Below are positions 10,876 to 21,410 of a DNA stretch of 64,000 nucleotides, one piece after another (positions within the stretch are counted from its first letter, which is position 1; every line of letters begins with the position of its first letter). Below the pieces are notes generated by a model. It was not told where the DNA came from, ran no database searches, and was given only the letters and a program-made list of their open reading frames with translations. The stretch is from a virus. The DNA lies in the IMG/VR virus record IMGVR_UViG_3300025012_000042, positions 32,001 through 96,000 of that record. One strand, given 5' to 3'. The translations under genes were made by a program, and so were the position numbers.

Positions 10876-12309
10876 ATGTCATTTTATATTTTAACATTGT
10901 CTTTAAAGACTGAAAAATTTCAAGAACATATTTTAAATAAGCATTATGAAAAATATAGAAAGATTTATAATGCTTGTATTGAAGAATTATATAAACGATA
11001 TAATCATATGCGAGAATCAAAAGAATATCAAAGGAATTGCAAATCAGATAGGATAGATAGAAATAAAGTATTTTATGAATTAGATAAAAGGTTTGGATTA
11101 ACAGAATATTCTTTACATTATTTTACAAAACCAATGGCGAAATATTTTAATGTTAATGCCATGATAACCCAAGTAATTCATAAAAGAGCTTTTAAATCTT
11201 TTCGTTTACTAATGCTACACAAAGCAAAAAAGATTAAATATAAATCTTATGGTGAATTAAATTCTATAGAAGGAAAAACGAGTAAAAAGAGTATAATATT
11301 TAGAGATGATAATATATTATTCGCAGGACTTAAAATTCCAGTAATTATTAAAAAAATTGATTATTATAGTCGTATATCATTAAATGATAAAATTAAGTAT
11401 TGCAGAATTAAGCGTGAAGTAATCAAAGGAAAATATCATTATTATGCTCAGTTTATTATTGAAGGTGTTCCTCCTATAAGAATTGATAAAACTACTGGTG
11501 AAATAAAAAATTATGTTAATGACGGGGTTGTAGGTTTAGATATTGGCACTCAAAGTTTAGGTATATGTTCCAAAACAGAAGTTAAATTGCTTGAACTATG
11601 TCCTGAAGTACAGGATATTGAGAAACAGAAGAGAATACTACAAAGAAAAATGGATAGATCAAGGCGTTCAACCAATCCTGATAAATACAATGATAACGGA
11701 ACATATAAAAATAAAAACAATATTAAATGGATTAAATCTAAACACTATATTAAAACCCAAAATGAATTAAAAGAACTATACCGAAAACAAAGAGAAATAA
11801 GAAAACATTCTCATAACAAATTGGCAAATTATATTTTATCATTAGGCAATGATATTAAGGTAGAAACTATGGATTTTGTAGAATTACAAGTTAGAAATTC
11901 TACTATAAGCAAAAATACTGGAAAAATTATTAAAAATAAAAAGTTTGGAAAATCTTTGGAGAATAAAGCACCAGCTATGCTTTTAACAATTTTGGATACT
12001 AAATTAAAATGGTCAAATACACAATTAAATAAAGTAAATACATATAAGGTTAAAGCTAGTCAATATAATCATATAAAGAATACTTATATTAAAAAGAATT
12101 TAAATGAGAGGTGGAACAATTTTGGAGAGTTTAAAATTCAAAGAGACTTATACTCGGAATTTTTAATTATGAATGTAAATGATGATTTAGAAACTATTAA
12201 TAGAGACTTGTGTTTTGAGAAGTTTCAGGAATTTAAAATATTGCACGATATTGAAATTGATAGATTAAGAGGTTTAAAGGAAAATAAAATAATCAAAATT
12301 TTAATTTAA
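10876..12309 (+). CDS. tnpB: TnpB-family RNA-guided endonuclease (IS200/IS605 OrfB-like), solo
   Basis: RuvC-I VGLDIG, RuvC-II KVETM, RuvC-III QRDLYS; LQRKMDRSRR helix; no tnpA nearby. Confidence 0.88.
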   Translation: MSFYILTLSLKTEKFQEHILNKHYEKYRKIYNACIEELYKRYNHMRESKEYQRNCKSDRIDRNKVFYELDKRFGLTEYSLHYFTKPMAKYFNVNAMITQVIHKRAFKSFRLLMLHKAKKIKYKSYGELNSIEGKTSKKSIIFRDDNILFAGLKIPVIIKKIDYYSRISLNDKIKYCRIKREVIKGKYHYYAQFIIEGVPPIRIDKTTGEIKNYVNDGVVGLDIGTQSLGICSKTEVKLLELCPEVQDIEKQKRILQRKMDRSRRSTNPDKYNDNGTYKNKNNIKWIKSKHYIKTQNELKELYRKQREIRKHSHNKLANYILSLGNDIKVETMDFVELQVRNSTISKNTGKIIKNKKFGKSLENKAPAMLLTILDTKLKWSNTQLNKVNTYKVKASQYNHIKNTYIKKNLNERWNNFGEFKIQRDLYSEFLIMNVNDDLETINRDLCFEKFQEFKILHDIEIDRLRGLKENKIIKILI

Positions 12310-12515
12310 AATGAACCAAGTCTAGAATCGGACTTGATGCTATCGTTAATTATTTCATTAGAGATATTGATAGTGAAAGTCTTATGGAAAATGATTAGTG
12401 TTTATATGTGTAATTTATAGATGAGTATAATGCCTATAAATGAGAGTATAAAAGAAATTCATGAGTACATAAGAACCTGCATTCGTGTAGAGGTTCGTAA
12501 CGGGATGCCTAATGA
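12310..12515 (+). ncRNA. Putative TnpB omegaRNA with right-end hairpin and 3' guide
   Basis: Stems CAAGTC/GACTTG, TCTTATG/CATAAGA, TTTATAG/CTATAAA; terminal GAACC-TGCA-TTCG-TGTA-GA-GGTTC (12473-12496) resembling an IS605-type right end. Confidence 0.6.
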
Positions 12516-12587
12516 AATAGATAAAATATTAGGCAATTTTAATACTAAAATTGCAATAAAATTAAATATTGAGGAGTGATATAATAA

Positions 12588-13490
12588 TTGAATTTACTAG
12601 AAAAAATCCATTCCAAAACAGACAACACAATTAAATATATATTCATGACACAAGACAATCTAATCATTGAACTATCTTACATAAATAAAAATGATGGTAA
12701 AGATATTATCTGTGTTCCTTCACAAACTTCTTGTAAAATGAAGTGTAAATTCTGCCATATTACTGATGCTACAGATAAATTAATCAATCGAAATCTAACA
12801 TCACAAGAAATTAAAGATAGCATAGATAATGTTTATAACGACCTAAATTTATCACTCAATCCCAAACCATTACTAATATCTTATATGGGATGTGGTGAAC
12901 CACTATTAAACTATAAACAAGTAAAAGATAGCATGTTATTACTTAGAAATGAATATCAAACCACAAAAGTTCCATTAATTAGATTTGCAATAGCAACATC
13001 ATTACCTGATTTTGCATGGATAAACTTCTTTAATTTAACTAATGAAATACATAAAGAAAAACTACCCGTAAAAATTCATTTGTCTCTACATTATACTATG
13101 GATTCTTTACGAAAAGATTGGATGCCTAATTCCTTATCAATTTTACCATCATTGATTGCATTAGAATATTACAAGAAAATTACTAAAAATTCTGTAGAAA
13201 TTCACTATACTTTGATTAACGGAGTTAATGATACTGAACGAGATGCAATTAGATTGAGTGAGTTTTTAAAATATCGAGATATTCCAGTTAAATTCTTATT
13301 CTACAATGAAAAACCAAGTATTGAATTTCATGCGAGTTCAAAAGAAAAATTGAATATATTTAAGAGATATTTTGATAAGTATAATATTGAATATGAGTAT
13401 TATATCCCTCCAGGTCTTGATGTAGGAGCTAGTTGTGGTCAGTTTTTAATGGATTATTATTTGAAATATAATCTGGTTAAGAGTAATTAA
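12588..13490 (+). CDS. RlmN/Cfr-like radical SAM RNA methyltransferase
   Basis: ICVPSQTSCKMKCKFC (CxxxCxxC), RNLT..EI, MGCGEPL, LSLH, GVND, ASCGQF. Confidence 0.8.
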   Translation: MNLLEKIHSKTDNTIKYIFMTQDNLIIELSYINKNDGKDIICVPSQTSCKMKCKFCHITDATDKLINRNLTSQEIKDSIDNVYNDLNLSLNPKPLLISYMGCGEPLLNYKQVKDSMLLLRNEYQTTKVPLIRFAIATSLPDFAWINFFNLTNEIHKEKLPVKIHLSLHYTMDSLRKDWMPNSLSILPSLIALEYYKKITKNSVEIHYTLINGVNDTERDAIRLSEFLKYRDIPVKFLFYNEKPSIEFHASSKEKLNIFKRYFDKYNIEYEYYIPPGLDVGASCGQFLMDYYLKYNLVKSN

Positions 13491-13528
13491 ATAAACATTT
13501 TAAACTATTATAAAAGAAATAAAGGAGA

Positions 13529-13768
13529 ATGAAATTAATGAAAACATTAAATCCACAAAAATCAGAAGAATTATGGAATGAAATTAAAAACATTGAATAT
13601 CTTGTTTCAAAATTAGGTGGTTGTGTACAAAATCCAGACTTTGTAAATGAAGAAATTGCACAAGAAAATTATGAGATGTTTTACAATGACTATCGAAAAG
13701 TAACTAGTAAATTAGTAAAGCTAAGAGAAGATATATTCTTATTACATGATGAAATCATTGGTGATTAA
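13529..13768 (+). CDS. Hypothetical protein
   Basis: ORF with AAGGAG RBS. Confidence 0.55.
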   Translation: MKLMKTLNPQKSEELWNEIKNIEYLVSKLGGCVQNPDFVNEEIAQENYEMFYNDYRKVTSKLVKLREDIFLLHDEIIGD

Positions 13769-13807
13769 AAGGGATGCTATACAAAATTAGAAAGAAGGAA
13801 TACAATA

Positions 13808-14191
13808 ATGTTAAAAAATAAATACTCTCTCGATAATATTTCCATTGAACCAAACTATACTGACAAATGGACTCACGATGCTCCTAAAGATATTGATTTT
13901 ATTATGCTAAATGAAGTAGAAGGAGATAATTGTCTTAGTTTTGATTTACAACAAGCAAAATTTATTAGAGATTCATTAAATGAAATAATTACATATTATG
14001 AAAACATTCCATCTGTAAACCAATTTGTAGAAGTAACCACTGGTATCTTTAAAGGGTATTTCGGTACAATATTTGACATTGATTCTTGTGATTCTAAAAG
14101 ACCATTAGCAATAAGATTAGATGATAATCCTAATTTTAATGATTGTACTTGTTTTGTGGGTTTTGATGATATTAAGAAATTAAGTAAATAG
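13808..14191 (+). CDS. Hypothetical protein with KOW/SH3-like C-terminus
   Basis: VEVTTGIFKGYFGTI KOW-like motif. Confidence 0.5.
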   Translation: MLKNKYSLDNISIEPNYTDKWTHDAPKDIDFIMLNEVEGDNCLSFDLQQAKFIRDSLNEIITYYENIPSVNQFVEVTTGIFKGYFGTIFDIDSCDSKRPLAIRLDDNPNFNDCTCFVGFDDIKKLSK

Positions 14192-14197
14192 AAAGGA

Positions 14198-14542
14198 GTG
14201 ACCACTATCCAAACATCATACTACGCAAAATATAAAGGAGAAAATGCTGTATCAATTGCATTAAGCAAGCCACAATGGTACAAAAATTGTAGAGAATACA
14301 AAAAACTTGCTCCAAGTTGGGAATTACTAAACAAATACAAAAAAGATAAAGATGTGATATATTACATAGAACATTATTATAAAGATGTTTTAGACAAACT
14401 TGATCCACAACAAGTATATAAAGAATTAGGTGAAAATGCAGTATTGCTTTGTTGGGAGAAAAGTTCTGACTTCTGCCACAGACATATCGTTGCCAAGTGG
14501 TTAGAAGAGAAATTAGGAATTGAAATGGAGGAAATAAAATGA
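14198..14542 (+). CDS. DUF488-family protein
   Basis: TSYYA, KLAPS, LLCWEK..FCHRHIVA. Confidence 0.75.
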   Translation: MTTIQTSYYAKYKGENAVSIALSKPQWYKNCREYKKLAPSWELLNKYKKDKDVIYYIEHYYKDVLDKLDPQQVYKELGENAVLLCWEKSSDFCHRHIVAKWLEEKLGIEMEEIK

Positions 14543-14826
14543 GCCAAAATGATTGGGAAGTTTATGCACCATTACTTAAAAAATTAGAACAATCTCCAAA
14601 AGTAGAAAGAATGCAAACTCAACCAGTAGAAATTCCGATTAAAGTAAAATATAAAAACTATCAAGGAATAACATCAATCAGAAATATTATTCCTCAACAA
14701 GTGCATTACGGCAGTACAGATTATCACAAAGAAAATCAATGGTTAATGGATGTATTTGATGTGGATAAAGATGCTCCAAGAACATATGCAATGATGGATA
14801 TTATTGAATTTATTAAGGAGGATTAA
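14539..14826 (+). CDS. Solo WYL-like domain protein
   Basis: YKNYQGITSIRNIIP...QWLMDVFDVDKDAPRTYAMMDI matches the WYL pattern. Confidence 0.65.
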   Translation: MSQNDWEVYAPLLKKLEQSPKVERMQTQPVEIPIKVKYKNYQGITSIRNIIPQQVHYGSTDYHKENQWLMDVFDVDKDAPRTYAMMDIIEFIKED

Positions 14827-14830
14827 ATTA

Positions 14831-17800
14831 ATGACAGGCAAAGATAAGTTAATCGACTATATACAATTAGAACCTAATTCTCAATTATATAAATTAATTG
14901 GAGTATGCCCAAGTCATATAAATTTAAATGAAAATAAGCACAATAAATGTGGCGAAGGAGAAGACAAATGTTCTGAATGTTGGAAATTAGCACTGGATGA
15001 GGAATTTTAAATGGAAGATAAATTATTATCTCTGAAAAAACAATTTTGTAATTATTATTGTCCTAATAAATCAACAGGAATTAAAGATTATGATGAAGAG
15101 ATTTTAGATAAGCAATTTGTTTGTAAAATTTGTCAGATTTCAGATTACATAACCTTTATCAGAGATGAACTATAACTAAATAAACATAAAATAAAATATC
15201 AGAAGGGATATGAAATTATGGCAAAAAATATAATAGTTTATGGTTCAACAGTAGAAAAATCATTTAATAAACTTCAAGAATTGCTAGACAATATGAATCC
15301 AAATGATATTAAGAAAGTTACAAAAACATCTCCTAATGTTGGTATATTTATTATTGAACTAAATAATGGAGATTATTATAAAGCAATAAGCGCAAGTAAT
15401 AGTGCTAGAGGGTATAAATGGCAATACGCCTATATAGACAGAGATATAAATCAAGAATCACTTGATCATTCTGTATTTTATAATTTCATACCTGAGTATG
15501 GTACTGAGGACTATTGGAATTATGATAGAAATTTTAAAGATTATTATGAGTGGTATTAAATAATAAATAAGATAAAATAAATGACAATGTAAGGAGTGAT
15601 ATAATATGGAATCTTGGAAACATTGTGCTAAAACTTGGTATTCTATTGATATTTCATTACCAATGAAAAATATTAAATCTGTTTCTATTGTAAAATGTAA
15701 AATAAATGATGAAGGTTATTTGTTTAATATTCCTGATAAAGTAAATCCAAATATAACTCCAGAAATGATTAAGAATGGAAAATGGTATGTTTATATTTGG
15801 TCTGATTAAATTACATAAGTTAATGATTTTATGCTAATTAAGAAAGGAAGATAAAAAATGTTTAATGGAACTATAGAAATGAACAATGATTATCATGCTA
15901 TGAGATCAATTGACTCTATTTTTACTATAATGGAAAACTTTAGAAAGAAGTTTGGTCTAGAAATTCTAGATATTAAAAGAGAAACTGAGGCAAAGTTAGA
16001 CAAATTTATATTCGAATTATCACAAACAACAGTTACTTTTTCTTTTGCTTCATTTAATCGAAAGTGTGAAATTATTACATATGATGAATTAGATAAATTT
16101 TGTGAAAGATATAATTATCTAAATTACTATTTAACTGATTTTGATTTTAAAGTTGATGATGAAATTTATTACAATCATAAGATGGGAATTGTTACAGAAA
16201 TTATAGATGATAATTATATTAGTGTAATATTAAATGGAAATGAATCATCTAAAAAAGAATATAAGTGTTGGGGAATGAGATTAAATTAAGGAGTTGATTA
16301 AGTGAAACTCAGAGATTTAATTATTGAATTAGAAAAACTAGACCTTCAGGGCAAAGGAGATTATGAAGTTAAGGTTGTGTTTTGGAGTAATGAAGCAATT
16401 GTAGAAGATGTTTTATATAGTGATGCTTCTAAAGAAATAATACTTTAAAGAACCTATTTGAAAGGAGTTATATATATGAAATCAGATATATTTAAAATCA
16501 AGGAAGAAAATCAAAAGTTAAAAGAAAAAATTAGAATGTTAGAATCAGAGTTAAATATGTATAGAAAAACATTTGAAAACATCAAAAATATATTTAACAA
16601 ATCAGACAAAAATGAATTAAAAACTAGTTTGAAAGTTATCAAATAAATCTATACTCCCTGAAAAGATAAATTTTAATGGAAAGGAATAAAAACACATGAT
16701 CATAAATCAAGAACAATGGATTCTACAAGCAATGGATAAATTCAACTTCAAATTAGTAGAAGAATTCATGAATGAATACAAACTATCTGAACTTGATGCC
16801 AGAAGGGGTTTAGCAGAAATATATTATAAAAATGAATTTGAAGTTGTTTAATCTTTAATTATTATCAATAAAGGAGGAAATACTCATAGATATTCTACTC
16901 TACAACTCCAAAGACGAAATAGTGACCGCATACACCTCTAACAATCCTAATTACCAAAACAATGATCAAATCACTATCAAAGGAAGCAATAAAAACTACA
17001 AAGTAGTTGATATCAATAAGTATCATGTTATGGGAAGAGAACAGCATGTAGCATTGGAATTAAAAGTTATTAAATAAATCATAAGTAATAAATCATAAAA
17101 TAATATAGAAGAAAGGGTGTGAATATTATGGATAAAGACGAACGTGTTACCTGTACAGATTGTGTTAATTGGGATAAATTAAAAAAGAGGTTAGAAAACT
17201 ACTTTAGTTGTAATACTGCACTATGTTTTCGATGTCCTTGTAATAATTGTAGTTGCTATGATCCCACCAGTACCAGAAGATTTGAACATAGGCCAATGTT
17301 TGTAAGAAAAGATTGATGTTGTTACATAAACATAAATTTTCAAAACGAAGTGAAATAAGCAATAGAAAAATACAGTTATTATTTCATTTTGTTAATATTT
17401 ATGAAATAAATAAATAAAAGGAGTGTAATTAATATGAGAAATCATGTAAATATATTAAATAAAGAAATTTTAACAAATGAGGAATTATCTCAAAAACATT
17501 ATGAAAGAATGATGGAATTCTTGATTGCAGATTTTGAAGGTAAAGATTTTAACGAATGCGATGTAATTCTTAGACAGATTATTAAGGTTGCTTATGATCT
17601 ATTAAATGAACCTGATGTTATGAAGTAGAAATGATTTGTGAGCGACAGAATGGCATGTAGGTTGATTTAGAAATTTGTTATGGTGGAATTGTTTATGCAT
17701 GTTTATGAAGGCTGAGACAAGGCAAATTAGAGGAGGAATATATTATGAAAGAATTTGATTTAGAATGGTTTAATTCAAAAACATTGAATAAACAAATATC

Positions 17801-18080
17801 TATTGAATCAGTACATACGGAAGATGGTCTACTTGGAATAAAACTTTTTGATCTAATTGTAAATGATTGTGCATTAGAATCAGCAAAATATTGGAATGGT
17901 TATTTACTTAAAATTAATGATGGAAGTATAAATATTTATTTTAGTGAATGTGAGCAAAGTAAGGCTGAAGAATGTAGCCATGTATTACAAATGTTTAGAG
18001 AAGGAGAATTGGTGGCAGATATTTTATTACCAGATGGAGATTGTTGGGATGATAGGGAAGTAGGGTTTGTTCAGTATTGA
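14831..18080 (+). other. Array of about 13 small co-oriented hypothetical genes (e.g. 14831-15010, 15011-15175, 15218-15559, 15606-15809, 15858-16289, 16476-16646, 16886-17077, 17128-17316, 17434-17628, 17745-18080)
   Basis: Short ORFs, most with strong SD sequences; no recognisable motifs. Confidence 0.6.
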
Positions 18081-18088
18081 TTATTAAA

Positions 18089-18117
18089 TTGACTTTGTGT
18101 ATAAAGTAATATATAAT
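18089..18117 (+). promoter_or_regulatory. sigmaA promoter for thyX operon
   Basis: TTGACT-17-TATAAT. Confidence 0.7.
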
Positions 18118-18157
18118 ATTATTAGTTGGAATACATATAAAATAAATTGTAGAGGAG

Positions 18158-18664
18158 GTGAAAATTATAGCAAAGGGAAAATCATTGTTATCACAAACAT
18201 CAAGTAAACCTAAGAAAGAAAATAAATATGGCGAAGTATCATCTATAGTAAAAGAATATGAATTTAATGTAGATGATAGAGTTGTATTTTTAGGATTGGT
18301 TAGTGACTATAGATGTTTAGAATGTACTGTTGTGAAAAGAACTATGAAAAAGAAGACAACAGATTATTATGTTGTAAAATTCGATGACGGAAAGATTATT
18401 GAATCTGTTGTTTATGGGTTTTTAAGAACTCCTGAACAATATGAATTGGAGTTAGAAGAGCAAAAAAATAAAAAAGAGGATGGTCATAGTGATTTACCTG
18501 AAATTGAGTTAGAAATGATTAAACAAGGGATAGAGAGTCATAAGAACTATCACTCTTGTCTATCGCCATTAAATTTCCACCATATGGATTGTGATTCCTG
18601 TACTTATAAGTCAAAATGTGTATATGAGAATAAATTTGACTATAAAAAAGCAAAGTATAATTAA
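18158..18664 (+). CDS. Hypothetical protein (SH3-like region, C-terminal Cys cluster)
   Basis: ORF; GAGGAGGTG RBS suggests a true start at ATT 18164 or ATA 18167. Confidence 0.55.
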   Translation: MKIIAKGKSLLSQTSSKPKKENKYGEVSSIVKEYEFNVDDRVVFLGLVSDYRCLECTVVKRTMKKKTTDYYVVKFDDGKIIESVVYGFLRTPEQYELELEEQKNKKEDGHSDLPEIELEMIKQGIESHKNYHSCLSPLNFHHMDCDSCTYKSKCVYENKFDYKKAKYN

Positions 18665-18678
18665 GAGAGGAAGATTAT

Positions 18679-19422
18679 ATGCAAGTAACATTATTAAATC
18701 CAGATCAAATTAAAAACATCTTTAAATCATGGGGAGAATTCGCAGCTACTTGCTACGACACACCACAAGAATTTGCTGAAAAAGTAGGGAATTCATGCTA
18801 TCAAGATGAACATTATAGTGGCAGTAGAACTGAATATATTAAGTTCAAAATTGAAGGTGTAGATAGAGGTGTGAGCGAGCAAGTTATGCGTCATGAAATT
18901 GGTGTCAGATATAATTTTATTGACGATAATACATATGATGAAAATCCAATGAATATTGTAAAGAATCTTAAATCTTTTAGATATGTTGATATGGAGAATT
19001 TTGATTATACAATTCCTAAAACAATTGAAAGTATTCCTGAAGCATTAAATAAATATAATAAATTAATGGAGTATATAAATACAGAAAGAATTCAAATTAA
19101 AGATATTCTAGTAAAAAATAATATCAATGAAAAACAAGCAATAGAAGATGCAAATTATTCTCTACCAAGAGCTACAAATACTTCACTTGTTATTGCTTTT
19201 ACATTGGAAGCATTTATTCATTATCTACATAAAAGATTATGTACAAGAACACAATATTTTCATAGACAAATTGCAAAATTAATGAGAAATTCTGTATTAG
19301 AAATATTGCCTCAAGTAAAAGATAGATTAGTGGCACAATGTGAATACTTATTATGGTGTCCAGAGGGTAATAGGTGTTGTGGTAAATATCCTACTAAGGA
19401 AATGTTATTGAAAGGAGAATAA
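18679..19422 (+). CDS. thyX: FAD-dependent thymidylate synthase
   Basis: GVDRGVSEQVMRHE, SFRYV, ANYSLPRA, KRLCTR, CPEG..CG. Confidence 0.85.
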   Translation: MQVTLLNPDQIKNIFKSWGEFAATCYDTPQEFAEKVGNSCYQDEHYSGSRTEYIKFKIEGVDRGVSEQVMRHEIGVRYNFIDDNTYDENPMNIVKNLKSFRYVDMENFDYTIPKTIESIPEALNKYNKLMEYINTERIQIKDILVKNNINEKQAIEDANYSLPRATNTSLVIAFTLEAFIHYLHKRLCTRTQYFHRQIAKLMRNSVLEILPQVKDRLVAQCEYLLWCPEGNRCCGKYPTKEMLLKGE

Positions 19423-19426
19423 ATAA

Positions 19427-19948
19427 GTGGATATAATAATTTTTGGTCAAATGGGTGCAGGTAAAAGCACTGTAGCAAATTACTTAAGAGATAAATATGG
19501 TTACTCTAAATTCTCTCTTGGTGCAAAAATTCACTCTGAATGTGAACTATATAATAAACACGATAGGCAACATATGCAAAAATATGGACAAATGATGCGA
19601 GAAATATTTGGAATTAATATTTGGTGTGATTATGTTAAAAATCAAAGCACCAATACAGATAAAGTAGTTATTGATGACGCTAGACAACTTAATGAATATG
19701 ATTATTTTGAAGGTTTTGGGTATCTAACAGTAGCAGTTATAGCAGACGACAACAAAAGAATAGAAAGACTTAATAAAAGAGTTAATTATGTAATTGATCC
19801 TAATACTTTTAATCACGAAACAGAAGTTCAGGCTAGAGCATGTATTAATAAGTGCAAAATAACTATATATAATAATTCGGATGATTTAAAAGAATTAATA
19901 GAAGCAATTGAATTCAAATTAGGTGAATATTTAGGAGGTAAAATTTAA
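19427..19948 (+). CDS. Deoxynucleoside monophosphate kinase-like P-loop protein
   Basis: GQMGAGKST, IDDARQLNE, HETE. Confidence 0.75.
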   Translation: MDIIIFGQMGAGKSTVANYLRDKYGYSKFSLGAKIHSECELYNKHDRQHMQKYGQMMREIFGINIWCDYVKNQSTNTDKVVIDDARQLNEYDYFEGFGYLTVAVIADDNKRIERLNKRVNYVIDPNTFNHETEVQARACINKCKITIYNNSDDLKELIEAIEFKLGEYLGGKI

Positions 19949-20371
19949 ATGTATACATATCTTGCTGGAGCATTAACCGTACATCATAGAAACAATGAAT
20001 TCTATAAGGCTACAGATTGGAGGGATAAATTAGGTGCTTGGGCCTATGAAAATTCAGTAAAAGTATTTAATCCTTGTATTAATTTTCTAAGAGAAATTAA
20101 TCATACATACGATCCTAAAATTGTGGTTGACCAAAACAATTACTATATTAATAAATGTGACATCTGTATTGTGTGTCTAGATGCTATAGATTATAGCCCT
20201 GGTACTATCTTTGAACTAACTAGATTTAGAGAACTAGGAAAGCCTGTCATTGCCTTTGGAGTTAAACATTGGAGCCCTCATATCAATAGTTGTATTTCAA
20301 ATCAATGTGAGACACTTGATGACGCTATTGAACTAATTGAAAATATGTTTGATCAGGGTAGTTGGGATTAA
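19949..20371 (+). CDS. Nucleoside 2-deoxyribosyltransferase-like protein
   Basis: YLAG, VFNP, SPGTIFEL, GKPVI. Confidence 0.75.
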   Translation: MYTYLAGALTVHHRNNEFYKATDWRDKLGAWAYENSVKVFNPCINFLREINHTYDPKIVVDQNNYYINKCDICIVCLDAIDYSPGTIFELTRFRELGKPVIAFGVKHWSPHINSCISNQCETLDDAIELIENMFDQGSWD

Positions 20372-20421
20372 TACAATACAATAATAAATAAAATACAAAC
20401 ACAAAGGAGATAAGATAAACT

Positions 20422-20859
20422 ATGACATATTACTCAGATATAATTTGTAACCTGTGTCCAAGAATTGAGTCATGTGAATTTCCATGTAATAAATATACTG
20501 ATTATATGCACAACCAATCATTAAAAAATAATAATATTAGCGAGAGATATGAAGATATACATAGTGAATCAATTACAAAAATTTCATATGAATGTGATGA
20601 CATTGAAAATTTTATGGAATTTAGCGTTGGAGATCCAGAATATTTACAAATTTGCAATGGTTTAATTTCTCCAATTCAAGCAATAGATTTTAGTAAATTG
20701 CGTCAATATATGATTGAAAAGAATGAAGAATATTCTAAAGATTATGGGTTGTGTGAAACTTGTCATAGTGAATTACAAGAAATTAAGGAGTCAAGAGGGG
20801 AACACTTTGGTAGAGAAAGTTTTGAAAGAATAATGATTTGTACTCGTTGTGGAGAATAA
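20422..20859 (+). CDS. Hypothetical Zn-binding protein
   Basis: CxxC pairs at both termini. Confidence 0.5.
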   Translation: MTYYSDIICNLCPRIESCEFPCNKYTDYMHNQSLKNNNISERYEDIHSESITKISYECDDIENFMEFSVGDPEYLQICNGLISPIQAIDFSKLRQYMIEKNEEYSKDYGLCETCHSELQEIKESRGEHFGRESFERIMICTRCGE

Positions 20860-20895
20860 TATATAAATTTTAAATTAAGAAAGAAGGAATTAACA

Positions 20896-21249
20896 ATGGC
20901 AAAGATTAAACAATTCTGTAATAAAAACAAAAACAATAAGAATATTAAATATCAAGTGAGATTTGGAGTTAATCTATTTGAAGAAGGCAAATCGGGAGTA
21001 TTTGGAAAACCTACATTTCTTAAAACAATTGAGGAAGCAAAGAAAGAAGTATTTGAGACATATAATACTGCAATTAAAGATATGTTTCCTGATGCAGAAT
21101 GTGGTGAATTAATTATGGTTAGTGATTTAAAATGCGATTGTGGATGTAATTATGAATCTGCTAAGTATGAGGATGGGACTGAGTTGATTGGTAGGATGGA
21201 GATAGAATTTGAGGGAGGAGAAGGGTATGTTGAGATTGTGAAGGGATGA
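20896..21249 (+). CDS. Hypothetical protein
   Basis: ORF with RBS, followed by terminator. Confidence 0.55.
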   Translation: MAKIKQFCNKNKNNKNIKYQVRFGVNLFEEGKSGVFGKPTFLKTIEEAKKEVFETYNTAIKDMFPDAECGELIMVSDLKCDCGCNYESAKYEDGTELIGRMEIEFEGGEGYVEIVKG

Positions 21250-21284
21250 TTAACAAATATAATAATATAATGTTTTAATAAGTT

Positions 21285-21310
21285 AAGGATGCTGAATGGC
21301 ATCCTTCTTT
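21285..21310 (+). terminator. Intrinsic terminator
   Basis: AAGGATGC-TGAATG-GCATCCTT then CTTT. Confidence 0.6.
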
Positions 21311-21340
21311 AAAATTTCTAAATTAATAAATAATATTTGT

Positions 21341-21369
21341 TTGACATATAATATAATTTATGATATAAT
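21341..21369 (+). promoter_or_regulatory. sigmaA promoter
   Basis: TTGACA-17-TATAAT with TG. Confidence 0.8.
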
Positions 21370-21410
21370 ATTAGTGGGTAGGTTTAATATTTATAGAAGG
21401 AGGGTTAGAT

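Noticed and set aside
12310-12590. CRISPR array next to TnpB (Cas12-like locus); Cas4-like gene at 830
   Set aside because: No repeat-spacer array seen; ATGAGTA repeats are short and irregular; the Cas4-like gene sits in the replication module
13766-13782. Possible self-target of the TnpB guide (TAAAAGGGATGCT)
   Set aside because: Only GGGATGC matches; expected by chance
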